Positions 20,364 to 31,759 are shown, counted from the first letter of the stretch. The stretch is DNA of 64,000 nt from Candidatus Peregrinibacteria bacterium (GCA_963708185.1 OY970195.1:32001-96000), one strand, 5' to 3'. The notes: a model not told the origin generated them from the sequence alone. Program-made: numbers and translations.

Positions 20364-21548
20364 TTATTCAAGAACCTTGGTAACAACACCTGAACCGACC
20401 GTGCGTCCACCTTCGCGGATAGCAAAGCGGGTACCTTCATCAAGAGCGATCGGAGCACCGAGCTCGATGTTCATCTTGAGGTTGTCTCCAGGCATAACCA
20501 TTTCAACGTTTGCAGGAAGCTCAATGGAACCGGTGACGTCCGTGGTTCTAATGTAGAACTGAGGCTTGTAACCCTTGAAGAAAGGAGTGTGGCGTCCGCC
20601 TTCTTCTTTCGTAAGGATATAGACTTCGCCTTCGAATTTCGTGTGAGTCTTAATGGAACCCGGCTTGGCAAGCACCTGCCCGCGGACGATGTCTTCACGT
20701 TCAACACCGCGGAGGAGCAGCCCGACGTTATCACCTGCCTGACCCTGATCGAGGAGTTTCTTGAACATTTCAACACCAGTCACGACAACTTTGCGTGTCG
20801 GGAGGATACCGAGAACATCAACTTCATCGTTGATCTTCACGATACCGGTTTCAATACGGCCAGTAGCAACGGTACCGCGGCCTTTAATGGAGAATACATC
20901 TTCGACAGGCATAAGGAACGGCTTGTCGAGATCGCGGACAGGATCCGGGATGTAGCTGTCCAAAGCGTCGAGGAGTTCCTGGATGCATTTGGTAGCTTCA
21001 GGATCCGTAGGATTTTCCATGGCCTTGAGAGCGGAGCCGCGGATGAAAGGGGTCTTGTCAGCATCGTATCCATACTTCTTGAGGAGTTCCTTTACTTCCA
21101 TTTCTGAGAGTTCAGCAATTTCAGGATCAGCCATGTCCATCTTGTTCATGAAAACAATGATGTACGGAACGTTCACCTGTTTTGCAAGGAGGATGTGTTC
21201 ACGGGTCTGAGGCATCGGGCCGTCAGCTGCGGAACAGACGAGGATGGCGCCGTCCATCTGAGCGGCACCTGTAATCATGTTCTTCACGTAGTCGGCATGC
21301 CCCGGACAGTCGACGTGGGCATAGTGGCGTTTGGCGGTTTCATATTCCTGGTGGGAGGTCGCAATGGTAATACCACGCGCCTTTTCTTCAGGAGCGTTAT
21401 CAATTTCATCGTACTTGCGGGCTTTGGCCATACCTTTGTTCGCGCAGTACATGGTGATGGCTGCGGTTAAGGTCGTTTTACCGTGGTCGACGTGACCGAT
21501 CGTACCCACATTGACGTGAACCTTGTTTCGATTAAATACTTCTGCCAT
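20364..21548 (-). CDS. tuf: Elongation factor Tu
   Basis: [32 protein letters not shown]. Confidence 0.99.
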   Translation of the reverse strand: MAEVFNRNKVHVNVGTIGHVDHGKTTLTAAITMYCANKGMAKARKYDEIDNAPEEKARGITIATSHQEYETAKRHYAHVDCPGHADYVKNMITGAAQMDGAILVCSAADGPMPQTREHILLAKQVNVPYIIVFMNKMDMADPEIAELSEMEVKELLKKYGYDADKTPFIRGSALKAMENPTDPEATKCIQELLDALDSYIPDPVRDLDKPFLMPVEDVFSIKGRGTVATGRIETGIVKINDEVDVLGILPTRKVVVTGVEMFKKLLDQGQAGDNVGLLLRGVEREDIVRGQVLAKPGSIKTHTKFEGEVYILTKEEGGRHTPFFKGYKPQFYIRTTDVTGSIELPANVEMVMPGDNLKMNIELGAPIALDEGTRFAIREGGRTVGSGVVTKVLE

Positions 21549-21729
21549 AAATTGATAACGTTAAGTAACTTATATTGGTGCGTTTTTGGAGCAAACGCGA
21601 AAGGATATTATAGGAAAAAAAAAGCCAATGCAAGTGAATTTTTCCAGACTCACAGCTGTGAAGATTTTGTTTGCCGGAAAGGATAAGTGTGGTTTATAGT
21701 TTATCACCTTTTAATTGCGCCTTATTTCT

Positions 21730-22650
21730 ATGAAAAAGTCTTTTAAAAGCTTAGACGGAAGTGATCGTTTGAAAGTGGTCGAAGCAGTTGACGTTCCGCG
21801 GCCCGTGGATGGGGAACTGTTTCCCGATGGGTTGTCGAAACCGAGGAAAACTTTTGGTAAAAGGATACGGGAAACGATTGTTCAACAACCCAAGCGTTTT
21901 TTTGTGACGTGTGTTGTCGGCGGCCTGGCGGGAAGTTTGGGCAGTAGCTATGGTATCCGGACCTATGAGAATTATGAGTATAAGAAACACTTCGGTTTAT
22001 TTCCGAGCGATATGCAGCTTTTTTGTAACGAGCTTTTAGGGAAGGAGGGGGTTCCCATCCGTGAAACTTCTTTCTATAGGAAGTCAGATATACCAGGAGT
22101 TGAAAGTGGGCTTGAGAAGAATGTCATACGGGGAGCCCGTTTTACCATTCCGGACGAAAACGGTGATACCATTGAAGTTGAAGCCGAATGTGAACGTGAT
22201 TTGTACGACATATCATTTGTGGACGGTAAACATTTTGTCCCCCGTGGTTATTACGGCTGGTGTTCTTACGGCCATTTTTTCTGTTTTTCGAATGAGGATA
22301 AAGAAGGCTTTGTATCTTTTAAGATCCAGGAAAAGAGCCTCAAAGATCCTGATAAAAAAGCGGTTTTGGAGGAAAAGCCTCCTTCCTCACAAGATACGCT
22401 TTCTGCTGATGAAAACTTGAATGTTGAGGCATTCAAGGGTGGTGTGACGGCCAGTGAGAGGAAGATTTCGAGGGATGGAGAACATGAAAGGGCTAGCGCT
22501 GAAGAACTCCAGGCACTTCAGCAACGATATCATTATCTCGTTCAGCAGGCCACGAAGAAGCTTCATGATAATGGAGTGGAAATTTATGCTCCGGAAACTC
22601 CGCCTTCACCCTGGAGTGAGATTTGGTATCGTGATCCGGCCAAACAGTAG
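21730..22650 (+). CDS. Hypothetical protein, one predicted TM segment
   Basis: Long ORF filling the tuf-gnd gap; hydrophobic FFVTCVVGGLAGSLG; ATG at 21730. Confidence 0.65.
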   Translation: MKKSFKSLDGSDRLKVVEAVDVPRPVDGELFPDGLSKPRKTFGKRIRETIVQQPKRFFVTCVVGGLAGSLGSSYGIRTYENYEYKKHFGLFPSDMQLFCNELLGKEGVPIRETSFYRKSDIPGVESGLEKNVIRGARFTIPDENGDTIEVEAECERDLYDISFVDGKHFVPRGYYGWCSYGHFFCFSNEDKEGFVSFKIQEKSLKDPDKKAVLEEKPPSSQDTLSADENLNVEAFKGGVTASERKISRDGEHERASAEELQALQQRYHYLVQQATKKLHDNGVEIYAPETPPSPWSEIWYRDPAKQ

Positions 22651-22654
22651 CTTT

Positions 22655-24133
22655 TTAGTTACCGTACCAGTCGAAATGGAAGACACCCTTTTGATCCCTG
22701 CGTTCAAAGGTGTGCGCACCGAAGTAATCCCTCAGCCCCTGAATGAGATTCGCGGGGAGTTCTTTTGAAGTGATGCTGTTGAAGTAGTTGAGGGTCGCGA
22801 ATAATGCCGGTGCGGGAATGTTTTTTTTGAGCAAAACGGTGAGGAGTTTTTTGAGGTCCGCGAGGTTGACGTTGACGATGGTTTTTGTTTCCTCGGATAG
22901 GAGGAGATGTTCGATATCCGGTTCCGTCTTATATATATGAGTAAGTGTTTTGAGAAGTTCCGAGCGGATGATGCAGCCGCCCTGCCAGATGCGGCAGACC
23001 TCGCTGAGGTCGATGTGCCAGTTTTGTTCTTTTGTGGCGGTCGCGTCGGGCCCCACGAGACTTCCCGCTCCCTCGTTTCGCCCGAGCATGGGATGCTCGG
23101 CGGCTTTCGTTATCAATTGCAGACCCTGGGCGTAGCAGAGGGTCATGGCGAGATAGAGCGCGTTTTCGAGTTCTTCCGTGAGGTTCGAAGGAAGAATTTT
23201 GGTGGTCTTGGATTTGGTTTTGTAGATTTTCTGGAGCGATTTACGGAGGTCTTTCTGGGCGGAGACGCTGCGGGCGAAAACCGCCTCGGTTATTGAGGAG
23301 AGGGGAATGCCGCGGAGGGCCGCGTCAACGACCGTCCAGGCTCCCGTGCCTTTTTGTCCGGCCTTGTCGAGTATCTGATCGATGAGGAATCCTTCACCGT
23401 GATCGTTCTTCTGACGGAGGACCGGTTGGACGATTTCAAACAAAAACGATTTCAGCTTTCCGTTGTGAAGTTTTTTAAAAACGTCGGCGATGCGGCCCGC
23501 GTCCAGTTTGTAGCATTTGCGCAGGTAGTCGTAGGCTTCGGCCATGAGCTGCATCACGGCGTACTCGATGCCGTTATGGACCATTTTGACGAAGTGCCCC
23601 GCACCGTCGGTGCCGATGTGGGTGACGCATGGTCCGCCGTCAAAATCGCGGGCCGCTATTTTTTCCAGTAACGGTTTGAGCGCCTTCCAGGAGTGGTCCG
23701 AACCTCCGGGCATCAGGCTGGGGCCGTGCAGTGCGCCTTCTTCTCCGCCGCTCACGCCCATGCCGACAAAGTGGAGCCCTTTTGCTTCAAGGGTTTGTGT
23801 CCTGCGGATGGTGTCGTGATAGTCGGAATTGCCGCCGTCGATAATGATGTCGTCTTTTTCCAGAAGCGGGGTCAGGTGATCGATGACTTCGTCCACTGCC
23901 GGACCGGCCTGTACCATCACCAGCACCCGGCGGGGTTTTTCAAGGGAGCCGATAAAATCCTTCAGTTCTTTGAATCCGTGCAGATAGTCGTCGCCGTGCT
24001 CGTTCACAAGCAGTTGCGTTTTTTCGTAGGTGCGGTTGAAGACGGACGTATGGATGTTGCGGCTGGCGAAATTGCGGGCAAGGTTTGATCCCATGACCGC
24101 GAGGCCGATAACTCCGATGGAAGATTGAGACAT
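22655..24133 (-). CDS. gndA: NADP-dependent 6-phosphogluconate dehydrogenase
   Basis: GLAVMG, DGGNS, GVSGGEEGA, KMVHNGIEY, GQKGTG, RDYFGAHT. Confidence 0.97.
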   Translation of the reverse strand: MSQSSIGVIGLAVMGSNLARNFASRNIHTSVFNRTYEKTQLLVNEHGDDYLHGFKELKDFIGSLEKPRRVLVMVQAGPAVDEVIDHLTPLLEKDDIIIDGGNSDYHDTIRRTQTLEAKGLHFVGMGVSGGEEGALHGPSLMPGGSDHSWKALKPLLEKIAARDFDGGPCVTHIGTDGAGHFVKMVHNGIEYAVMQLMAEAYDYLRKCYKLDAGRIADVFKKLHNGKLKSFLFEIVQPVLRQKNDHGEGFLIDQILDKAGQKGTGAWTVVDAALRGIPLSSITEAVFARSVSAQKDLRKSLQKIYKTKSKTTKILPSNLTEELENALYLAMTLCYAQGLQLITKAAEHPMLGRNEGAGSLVGPDATATKEQNWHIDLSEVCRIWQGGCIIRSELLKTLTHIYKTEPDIEHLLLSEETKTIVNVNLADLKKLLTVLLKKNIPAPALFATLNYFNSITSKELPANLIQGLRDYFGAHTFERRDQKGVFHFDWYGN

Positions 24134-24257
24134 AAAATTCAAGTGCTAGGTCGTCGCTGGTGGTATTGTATCAAATGTTTGAAAAAATGGCAGTGTTGAC
24201 AATTTTGATTTCTTTCTCGAGAATGCTTTACCGATTATTCATTCTCATCAGCTGTGT

Positions 24258-24788
24258 ATGACTGAACCCAAAGTGCCGCAAGTTTATCAGGAAGATTCAG
24301 AAGATACCCTGCATTCCCGGGGGATTTTCGATCAGGGCGAAAAACCGCGCGACGTGGCAATTTCTCCTGCGGTGGTTTTGCCGCAAGATCCTGTTGCCGC
24401 CCGGGAAAGGATTGATGAAATCCGGCAGGATCAAAGGACCGCTTTTGAAGAGACGATCATTGAGACCTCTCCTTTGAGAGCTTCGCTGGCGCTCCAGACG
24501 ATTAAAAGTCAGATTACGACGTCGGGCACTGTTCTTTTGAATGTGGTTCGCGGACACGGCGTGATGATTTTGAGCACTTTTTTGACGTTGGACGATTTGA
24601 AGGAACGTTTGAAAAACGGCCAGGTCGTTTTGAAGCGAGTCTCCCTCGACGCAAAAGTAAGCGATTTGACTCAAAAATGCATCAAGATTACCACGCAGGA
24701 CGGTCATCTCTTCACTGTGTGCAGTCTGCCCAACGATGTTTTGGGGATCGTGGTGGAAGATGATGAGACTCAGCTTTTTCAGGGCTGA
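24258..24788 (+). CDS. Hypothetical protein
   Basis: ORF fills the gnd-fusA gap; TTGACA-like element upstream near 24196. Confidence 0.6.
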   Translation: MTEPKVPQVYQEDSEDTLHSRGIFDQGEKPRDVAISPAVVLPQDPVAARERIDEIRQDQRTAFEETIIETSPLRASLALQTIKSQITTSGTVLLNVVRGHGVMILSTFLTLDDLKERLKNGQVVLKRVSLDAKVSDLTQKCIKITTQDGHLFTVCSLPNDVLGIVVEDDETQLFQG

Positions 24789-24804
24789 TCCGGGTTGAGA
24801 TCCA

Positions 24805-26874
24805 TTATTTCGTCTTCTCAGCGATGATCTTTTCGGCGACGTTGTTCGGAGCTTTTTCGTAATGGTCGAACTCCATGGAGTAGGCCGCGCGGCCCTGGGT
24901 CATGGAGCGGAGGTCGGTGGCGTAGCCGAACATTTCTGCCAACGGAACGCGGGCGTGGATAACCTTTGCCAGGCCGCGATCGGTGGTTTCGTAAATCTGG
25001 CCGCGTTTGGACGAAAGGTTTCCCATGACGTCACCGAAGAAGTTTTCCGGAGTGGTGACTTCGACTTTCATGATCGGTTCAAGGATAACCGGTGCAGCCG
25101 CTCTGGCGCCTTTCTGGAAAGCGAGCGATCCTGCGATTTTGAAGGCAAGTTCATTCGAGTCCACGTCGTGGTAGGAACCGTCGTAGAGTTCAACTTTTAC
25201 GTCCACGACCGGGTATCCGGCAAGGATGCCGCGGGTCAAAGCTTCTTTAATACCTTTGTCGACGGCAGGGATGAATTCGCGGGGGATTTTTCCTCCGATG
25301 ATCTTGTTGACGAATTCGTAGCCCTTACCTGGTTCGTTGGGTTCGAGGCGGATTTTTACATGGCCGTACTGACCGCGGCCGCCCGACTGTTTGACGTATT
25401 TTTCTTCGGACTCCACTTTGTTCTGGATGGTTTCACGGTAGGCGACCTGGGGGCGGCCGATGTTCGCTTCAACTTTGAATTCGCGTTTCATGCGGTCGAC
25501 GATGATGTCGAGGTGAAGTTCTCCCATCCCCGCGATGAGGGTCTGTCCGGTTTCTTCGTTGGTTTTGACCTGGAAGGTCGGATCTTCTTCGGCAAGTTTC
25601 TGGAGAGCGATGCCCATTTTTTCCTGGTCGGCCTTGGTTTTTGGTTCGATGGCGATCTGGATGACCGGTTCGGGGAAGGTGATGGATTCAAGGACGATCG
25701 GGTTGTTTTCGTCGCAAAGGGTGTGACCGGTGAAGGTGCCCTTGAGGCCGACGGTCGCGGCGATGTCGCCTGCGTGCACTTCCTTGATTTCCTGACGGTT
25801 GTTGGCGTGCATCTGGATGAGACGGCTGATGCGTTCCTTATTCCCGGTGCTGGTATTCAAAACGTACGAACCCGAAGCGAGTTTTCCTGAATAGACGCGG
25901 AAGTAGGCCAGTTTCCCCACGAACGGGTCGGTCATGATTTTGAAAATGAGCGCCGAGAAAGGGGAATCTTCCTGCATGGTTCGTTCCTCTTCAGCTCCGG
26001 TGTCAGGGTTGATGCCTTTGACCGCACCGACGTCGAGCGGCGAAGGGAGATAGGCGTTCACACCGTCGAGGACGAGCTGGACGCCTTTGTTGGCGAGCGC
26101 CGATCCGCAGAATACGGGATAGAGTTTGTTGCGGACCACGGCGTGGCGCATTCCTTTCATGAGCTCCTCCATGGTGAAGGCTTCGCCGTTGAGATATTTG
26201 TCGATCATTTCGTCGTTTGCCTCGGCGATTTTTTCAACGAGGGTCGCGTGGAATTTGTCGGCCTGTTCCTTGAGTTCTTCAGGAATGGGGATCTCTTTCA
26301 TGATTTCTCCGAACTTTCCTTCAAAGTTGAAAGCCTTCATCTGTATCAGGTCAACGACGCCGCTGAAAGTGTTTTCCTGACCGATGGGAAGCTGGATGGC
26401 TACCGCGCTTTTACTCAAACGTTCCCAGATGGAATCGAGGGACATGAAAAAGTCAGCACCGATTTTATCCATCTTGTTGACGAAAGCCATGCGGGGAACC
26501 GAGTATTTGTCGGCTTGTCTCCATACGGTTTCGGACTGAGGTTCTACGCCCTGGGAGCCGTCGAAAACGACGACGCCTCCGTCGAGTACGCGGAGTGAAC
26601 GTTCCACTTCGGCGGTAAAGTCCACGTGCCCCGGGGTATCAATGATGTTGTAGCGGCATTCCTTCCAGGAGCAGGTCGTGGCGGCGGAGGTAATGGTGAT
26701 ACCGCGTTCGCGTTCCTGTTCCATCCAGTCCATGGTGGCGGCGCCTTCGTGCACTTCACCGATCTTGTAGTTCTTGCCGGTGTAAAAAAGAATACGTTCG
26801 GTGGTGGTGGTTTTACCGGCATCAATGTGCGCGATAATACCGAAGTTACGCAGTTTACTGAGGTCGTCTGACAT
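24805..26874 (-). CDS. fusA: Elongation factor G
   Basis: [36 protein letters not shown]. Confidence 0.99.
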   Translation of the reverse strand: MSDDLSKLRNFGIIAHIDAGKTTTTERILFYTGKNYKIGEVHEGAATMDWMEQERERGITITSAATTCSWKECRYNIIDTPGHVDFTAEVERSLRVLDGGVVVFDGSQGVEPQSETVWRQADKYSVPRMAFVNKMDKIGADFFMSLDSIWERLSKSAVAIQLPIGQENTFSGVVDLIQMKAFNFEGKFGEIMKEIPIPEELKEQADKFHATLVEKIAEANDEMIDKYLNGEAFTMEELMKGMRHAVVRNKLYPVFCGSALANKGVQLVLDGVNAYLPSPLDVGAVKGINPDTGAEEERTMQEDSPFSALIFKIMTDPFVGKLAYFRVYSGKLASGSYVLNTSTGNKERISRLIQMHANNRQEIKEVHAGDIAATVGLKGTFTGHTLCDENNPIVLESITFPEPVIQIAIEPKTKADQEKMGIALQKLAEEDPTFQVKTNEETGQTLIAGMGELHLDIIVDRMKREFKVEANIGRPQVAYRETIQNKVESEEKYVKQSGGRGQYGHVKIRLEPNEPGKGYEFVNKIIGGKIPREFIPAVDKGIKEALTRGILAGYPVVDVKVELYDGSYHDVDSNELAFKIAGSLAFQKGARAAAPVILEPIMKVEVTTPENFFGDVMGNLSSKRGQIYETTDRGLAKVIHARVPLAEMFGYATDLRSMTQGRAAYSMEFDHYEKAPNNVAEKIIAEKTK

Positions 26875-27035
26875 GGGCTAAGGAATTAAAAATTAATGTT
26901 GTAAGTATTTTGAGGAAAGCTGTAAGGCAATTTTTAGCCTTCGTATTATAGGTTTTTTGCTCTTGAAGTCAAGAAGAGAGATTTTTCAATTGAGTCCGTC
27001 GTGGTGCGGTTGATTCCAGATTTTCGTCTGGTATT

Positions 27036-27917
27036 ATGCTGACAAGGTTTTTTACTTGTCTTATGCCGCTCTCAAGTTCGATAAATTTTTTCGTTTTTGC
27101 GCTTGGAGTTTTTTTCCAGCTTTTACTTTTTTTCCTGGGCGTCAGGGATTTCAAAAGGCTTGGATTGGTCTTGCTCATGAGTCTTTTCGCCGCCGTTGTT
27201 TTTTACGGCGGGAATCCTCAGGGGGCTACTTTCTCCGCTGCATTTGTGCTTTTTTTGTCGATGCTTTTTTTTGTCGTTTTTCACAACGATCTTCTGCCCA
27301 TCATTGATGAGCGTTTTTTGCTTTTTGTAACCTTTTTGTTCTGGTTTGTCGCGTCGGGGCTGGTTCATTTTAATTTCTCCCTGCTTTCCCCCTGGGTGCT
27401 TCTGGCCGTTCCTCCGACGATCGGAGTTTTTGTTCTGGTTTTTACCAAATTTGAACTTCATTTCGGCTGGAAGTACGTCTTTTTTTTCTGTTTTTTCGCC
27501 GCCGTGTTTTATTTTGGAACGGTGAATCTTGAGTCCAGTCCGCTTGTTTTTGTTTTGATCGGCGCACAGCCCCAAATATCGGGGATCCATGTGTTCGAGG
27601 CTTTCTTTTCCGGCATGGCGTTGACGGGCTTTCTTGCAGCTTTTGATAATTTATTGTCGTTGCTTCCCGCAAAACGTGAGACTCTTGATCGGTGGAAAAA
27701 ACGAACGCAATTGGATCTGGAACATTTTTCGAACCGGCAAATCAATTATCGTGAAAGCGCGCTGATTTTTTTGATTTTCATTGTAGTCTCCGCTTTGACC
27801 ATGTATTTTGATCTGAGCATCGTGCTGATCATGAATATTTTATTTGTTTCAATGATATTCTTCCAGAACGTCGATCATTTACTTCATAAACCGAAAAAAC
27901 ATGCATCCACCACTTGA
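27036..27917 (+). CDS. Hypothetical polytopic membrane protein
   Basis: Phe/Leu-rich with many hydrophobic segments; overlaps bcp start. Confidence 0.65.
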   Translation: MLTRFFTCLMPLSSSINFFVFALGVFFQLLLFFLGVRDFKRLGLVLLMSLFAAVVFYGGNPQGATFSAAFVLFLSMLFFVVFHNDLLPIIDERFLLFVTFLFWFVASGLVHFNFSLLSPWVLLAVPPTIGVFVLVFTKFELHFGWKYVFFFCFFAAVFYFGTVNLESSPLVFVLIGAQPQISGIHVFEAFFSGMALTGFLAAFDNLLSLLPAKRETLDRWKKRTQLDLEHFSNRQINYRESALIFLIFIVVSALTMYFDLSIVLIMNILFVSMIFFQNVDHLLHKPKKHASTT

Positions 27918-28377
27918 ATTGAACAGTTTGGCGCCGGATTTTAAGCTTCCCGACGATGAAGGGAAGGAACGTTCCCTGGCTGATTTTCGCGGAAAAATCG
28001 TTTTGCTCTATTTCTATCCCAAAGACATGACACCGGGATGCACGGTGGAAGCGCAGTGTCTGCGCGACCGCATGAATGATCTTCAGGCTCTCGGAGTCCA
28101 GGTTTTAGGAGTCAGTACCGATGACGTGAAATCGCACAAGAAGTTCAAGGAAAAACAACATTTGAACTATCCCTTGCTTGCCGACACCGAAAAAAAGGTC
28201 GTTGAAATGTACGGGGTGTGGAAGGAAAAGTCCTTCATGGGAAAGAAGTACATGGGGACGTCCCGTGAATCTTTTCTGATCGACAAGCACGGCAAAATCA
28301 TCAAACACTACGAAAAGGTGAAGCCTTTTTCCCATGCCGAGGAGGTCATCAACGACGTGAAGGCGATGGGGATTTAA
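27901..28377 (+). CDS. bcp: Thioredoxin-dependent peroxiredoxin (BCP/PrxQ)
   Basis: YFYPKDMTPGCTVEAQC motif. Confidence 0.93.
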   Translation: MHPPLELNSLAPDFKLPDDEGKERSLADFRGKIVLLYFYPKDMTPGCTVEAQCLRDRMNDLQALGVQVLGVSTDDVKSHKKFKEKQHLNYPLLADTEKKVVEMYGVWKEKSFMGKKYMGTSRESFLIDKHGKIIKHYEKVKPFSHAEEVINDVKAMGI

Positions 28378-28730
28378 ATTTCGGTCTCATCTTTCGTGAG
28401 CCTCCCGGGTTGCTTGCTGCGAAAGTACAGATTTTTGTCGAACGGAGGGATCCCCGTCTGGCCTTGAAGATGGGCCATTTCATGGAATTTTTTGCTTGGA
28501 ACTCCGTCGATCTGTTCAATGACCTTTTTTCTCAAAGGTTTGAAGTTTCTTTCCGCACGGCTTCTTGCCACGAGGGCCTGGTATTGGAGCAGGACCTTCG
28601 CGCTGATGATGCCGATGTCGGTGGAGAATCCGTCCGCTTCCCCGTCGAGCGCTTCGTTTTTACTGCCGAGTTTTGTGACTTTTTCTCCGGAGAGGACGCA
28701 TCGGTAATCTTTTTCAGGTGAGTTTTGCAT
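28374..28730 (-). CDS. Hypothetical protein
   Basis: ORF between bcp and hflX; ATG at 28730 is likely. Confidence 0.5.
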   Translation of the reverse strand: MQNSPEKDYRCVLSGEKVTKLGSKNEALDGEADGFSTDIGIISAKVLLQYQALVARSRAERNFKPLRKKVIEQIDGVPSKKFHEMAHLQGQTGIPPFDKNLYFRSKQPGRLTKDETEI

Positions 28731-28807
28731 ATTGTTGTAAATAAGTTCCGTTTGAACGGGAATATAGAATTTTTCAGTTCGGCGAGTCAAACTTTTCGTG
28801 CATTTTT

Positions 28808-30112
28808 TTAAGGTCCGACATTTTTCTCAAGATTTTTTTGTGTGAAGTTTTTGACCTGCCGTTGGGTTTTGAGGTCTTTGATGACGTTGAGGACGCCGGT
28901 GGCTTTCGGCGATTTGGGTTCCGGGAAGAGGGCGTCGCGAATCGTTGCTTTCAGGTTTTCCAGTCCTTCCTTGTTTTGGGCGGATACGAAGGAGGGGTGG
29001 AAAATCCTGAACTGTTTTTCAAGCAGTGCCGTGTCCAGGTTCGGTGCGCGGTCGGTTTTGTTGAAAACGTAAATGGTGGGCTTCATTAACGCGTCGATTT
29101 GGAAGAGGATTTCGTTGACGACTTCGATTTTCTGGAGAAAATGCGGGTCGCTGACGTCGATGACGTGGAGGAGAAGATCGGCTTCAATGCTTTCTTCCAG
29201 CGTGGACTGGAACGATTTGATGAGCGGAGTGGGGAGATTCTCGATAAAGCCGATGGTATCGGAAATGAGCACTTCATGAGGTTCGATATACATCTTTCCA
29301 ACGCGGGTATCCAGTGTCGCAAAGAGTTTGTCCGCGGCATAGGCCCCTTTGCGGGTCAGGGCGTTGAGCAGTGTGGATTTGCCCGCGTTGGTGTAGCCGA
29401 TGATGCCCACGGTTTTCAGGTCGCGACGTTTGCGGGCATCGCGGTGGACTTTGCGGACTTTCTTGCAGGATTCAAGCTCCTGTTTGATACGGAACTCCAT
29501 TTTGTCGAGGTGGCGTTTCATCATTTCGATGTTGGTTTCGCCTTCACCGCGGGTACCGATACCGCCTCCCTGTCGTGAAAGTTGCATCCCCATGCCAAAG
29601 ATGCGCGGCCCCATATGTTTGATACTGGCCAGTTCGATTTCCAGACGGGCTTCACGGGTGGCCGCGTGTTTTTGGAAAATTTTGAGGATGAGGTCGATGC
29701 GGTCCCAGGCCTGCATGGCAGGTTTGACGGGCTTGCGGATTTTGCCCTTGAGTTCCGGCGAGGTCGCGGCTTTACGTTCCTCCTCGGCCGCTTTGCGCAG
29801 ACGTTCGTTGATGTTGTAGGTCTGGTGCGGCTTGAGTTCGTTGTTGATGATGAGGATGTTGGCCTCATCCGCTTGATGACGGCACGTCGCCTCAGCTCCG
29901 GCCTCAGTGTCGCGGCTTTCACGGATGATTTCCTCCAGTTTTCCGCTGCCGATGAAGGTTTTGTAATCTGGCGTCTGTCTTTTCTGGATTTTTTTGACGA
30001 CGACGATGCCGCCGTAGGTCCTGATAAGGTTTTCGGCTTCGGTGAGACGATATTCGGCTTCCTCCTTCGTCAGTTGGGGCGGAATGCAATCAACGAGAAT
30101 CGCTTTGAGCAT
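28808..30112 (-). CDS. hflX: GTPase HflX
   Basis: IGSGKLEE, DRIDLIL.IF, GGGIGTRG.GET, GYTNAGKST, LFATLD, DTIGFI, NKTD. Confidence 0.96.
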   Translation of the reverse strand: MLKAILVDCIPPQLTKEEAEYRLTEAENLIRTYGGIVVVKKIQKRQTPDYKTFIGSGKLEEIIRESRDTEAGAEATCRHQADEANILIINNELKPHQTYNINERLRKAAEEERKAATSPELKGKIRKPVKPAMQAWDRIDLILKIFQKHAATREARLEIELASIKHMGPRIFGMGMQLSRQGGGIGTRGEGETNIEMMKRHLDKMEFRIKQELESCKKVRKVHRDARKRRDLKTVGIIGYTNAGKSTLLNALTRKGAYAADKLFATLDTRVGKMYIEPHEVLISDTIGFIENLPTPLIKSFQSTLEESIEADLLLHVIDVSDPHFLQKIEVVNEILFQIDALMKPTIYVFNKTDRAPNLDTALLEKQFRIFHPSFVSAQNKEGLENLKATIRDALFPEPKSPKATGVLNVIKDLKTQRQVKNFTQKNLEKNVGP

Positions 30113-30509
30113 TTAAGGTGTTTCCGATCAAAGTATAGAAAAGTCCTATCGCAAAAAGTGCTATTACATCGTATGAGCCTTCTAATCCTTTGAGAAAGTC
30201 CGGGGAGAACCCTTTTACATGAACCATGAAGAAAGCAACGACCATGATGAACGCCAAGAGAACCCCGAAGAGTCTGGTGATGATGTCTCCGTATTTATTG
30301 TTGATCAGTCCACCGATGATGATGCAAATACCACCGCCAAATTCTCCGAGTGAGGCCATCCACCCAAGGATAACCGGTACATTCAGATGTGCGGCAAAAA
30401 CGGCCGGCCCGGTGATAAAAAGTTTTTCGTACCCGGCGGAGATGAATACAATGGCGAGCGTCAAACGCAGGACCCAGTCGGCGACAAGCGAAGCGGTATT
30501 TTTGTTCAT
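30090..30509 (-). CDS. DoxX family membrane protein
   Basis: LRLTLAIVFISAGYEK..EFGGG..LAFIMVVAFFMVH. Confidence 0.8.
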   Translation of the reverse strand: MNKNTASLVADWVLRLTLAIVFISAGYEKLFITGPAVFAAHLNVPVILGWMASLGEFGGGICIIIGGLINNKYGDIITRLFGVLLAFIMVVAFFMVHVKGFSPDFLKGLEGSYDVIALFAIGLFYTLIGNTLNAQSDSR

Positions 30510-30526
30510 ATGTAAACAGTTAGAGA

Positions 30527-31753
30527 TTATGTGACTGTTTTAGGTTCTACTCGTGGTGGAGCCGGCAGGAAGGAAAAAAGTAGAGCACTCACCAGCGCAA
30601 TGACACCGGCGGCTGCGAACGTCGCTGAGGGGTTATAGGCATTCCAGAGCCAGCCGGCCAGGAGCGAAGCGGGCAGGTAAATGATACCGGTCACAAAGTT
30701 ATAGAGTCCGATCGCCGAGGCGCGATGTTCTTTGGGGGTGATGTCGCTGATGTAGGCTTTGGTCTGCGCTTCGTCAATGGCGTAGAAAATGCCGTAGACC
30801 AAAAAGAGCAGGATGACGCTGACCTTGTCAGCAGCAAAGAAGAATCCGGCGCACATCAACACGTAGATGACGTATTCGGCCATGATGACGGTCTTCCTGC
30901 CGATCTTGTCGCCGATTTTTCCGACGGGAATGGAAATGAGGATGAAGGATGTGTTGAAGAGGGCGTATAAAAGCACGACGTCTTTGATTTCGAACCCCAC
31001 GGAATAGGCTTTCAAGAGCAGGAAAGCGAAGCTGAAGTAGGAGAGCGAGAACAGGCCGGCCACCTTGATGTAGCGGTGGAAAGCTTTTCCGAGGTTTTTA
31101 TAGTTCTTGAAAACATTTTCACGGATCTTGGTGGCCTGCGCTTTTTTTTCATGCACAAATATGGCCAGGATGAGCACCGAAAGCACAGCCGGGACGATGG
31201 CGACCTGGAAAAGGAACTTGAAACCGTCCATGGTCTGGCCGAGCATGCTGAGAATGAAGTACCCCAGGAACGGTCCGAGGATGGCTCCGGTTTTGTCGAG
31301 GGTTTTATGGAAACCGAAGGAGTAGCCGAGTTTTTCCTTGTCGGCGATGGTGGAGATCAATGCGTCACGGGGGGCTCCGCGTATGGACTTGCCCAGACGC
31401 TCGACCACGCGGAACGTAAAAACGGCGGGGATGGTCGTGGCGAAAAGCAGGATGCTTTTTGCCACCGTTGAAAAGCCGTAACCGAACAGGGCGAAACTTT
31501 TCCGTTTGCCGGTCTTGTCCGAAAGGTACCCCGACACATAATCAAGCGAAGAAGCGGAAAAGTCCGCAAATCCTTCCATGGTGCCGATGATGAAACTGGA
31601 TGCCCCGAGGATCGCCACCAGAAAAATCGTCAGGACCGAGAAGATCATTTCCGAGCTGATATCGGTGAGCAGACTGACGACGCCGAGCCAGAAGATCTGG
31701 GGATCGACCCCGAAAATTTTGGTTTTCGCTTGATGAGCCTCCTGGACCATCAT
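30527..31753 (-). CDS. MFS transporter
   Basis: SLLTDISSEM, GYLSDKTGKRK, RLGKSIRGAPRDALI; about 12 TM. Confidence 0.93.
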   Translation of the reverse strand: MMVQEAHQAKTKIFGVDPQIFWLGVVSLLTDISSEMIFSVLTIFLVAILGASSFIIGTMEGFADFSASSLDYVSGYLSDKTGKRKSFALFGYGFSTVAKSILLFATTIPAVFTFRVVERLGKSIRGAPRDALISTIADKEKLGYSFGFHKTLDKTGAILGPFLGYFILSMLGQTMDGFKFLFQVAIVPAVLSVLILAIFVHEKKAQATKIRENVFKNYKNLGKAFHRYIKVAGLFSLSYFSFAFLLLKAYSVGFEIKDVVLLYALFNTSFILISIPVGKIGDKIGRKTVIMAEYVIYVLMCAGFFFAADKVSVILLFLVYGIFYAIDEAQTKAYISDITPKEHRASAIGLYNFVTGIIYLPASLLAGWLWNAYNPSATFAAAGVIALVSALLFSFLPAPPRVEPKTVT

Positions 31754-31759
31754 GTGGGT

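Noticed and set aside
24862-25890. Long antisense ORFs (also 47549-48577, 50432-51517, 46614-47360 and others)
   Set aside because: Shadow frames of well-identified genes, caused by codon bias
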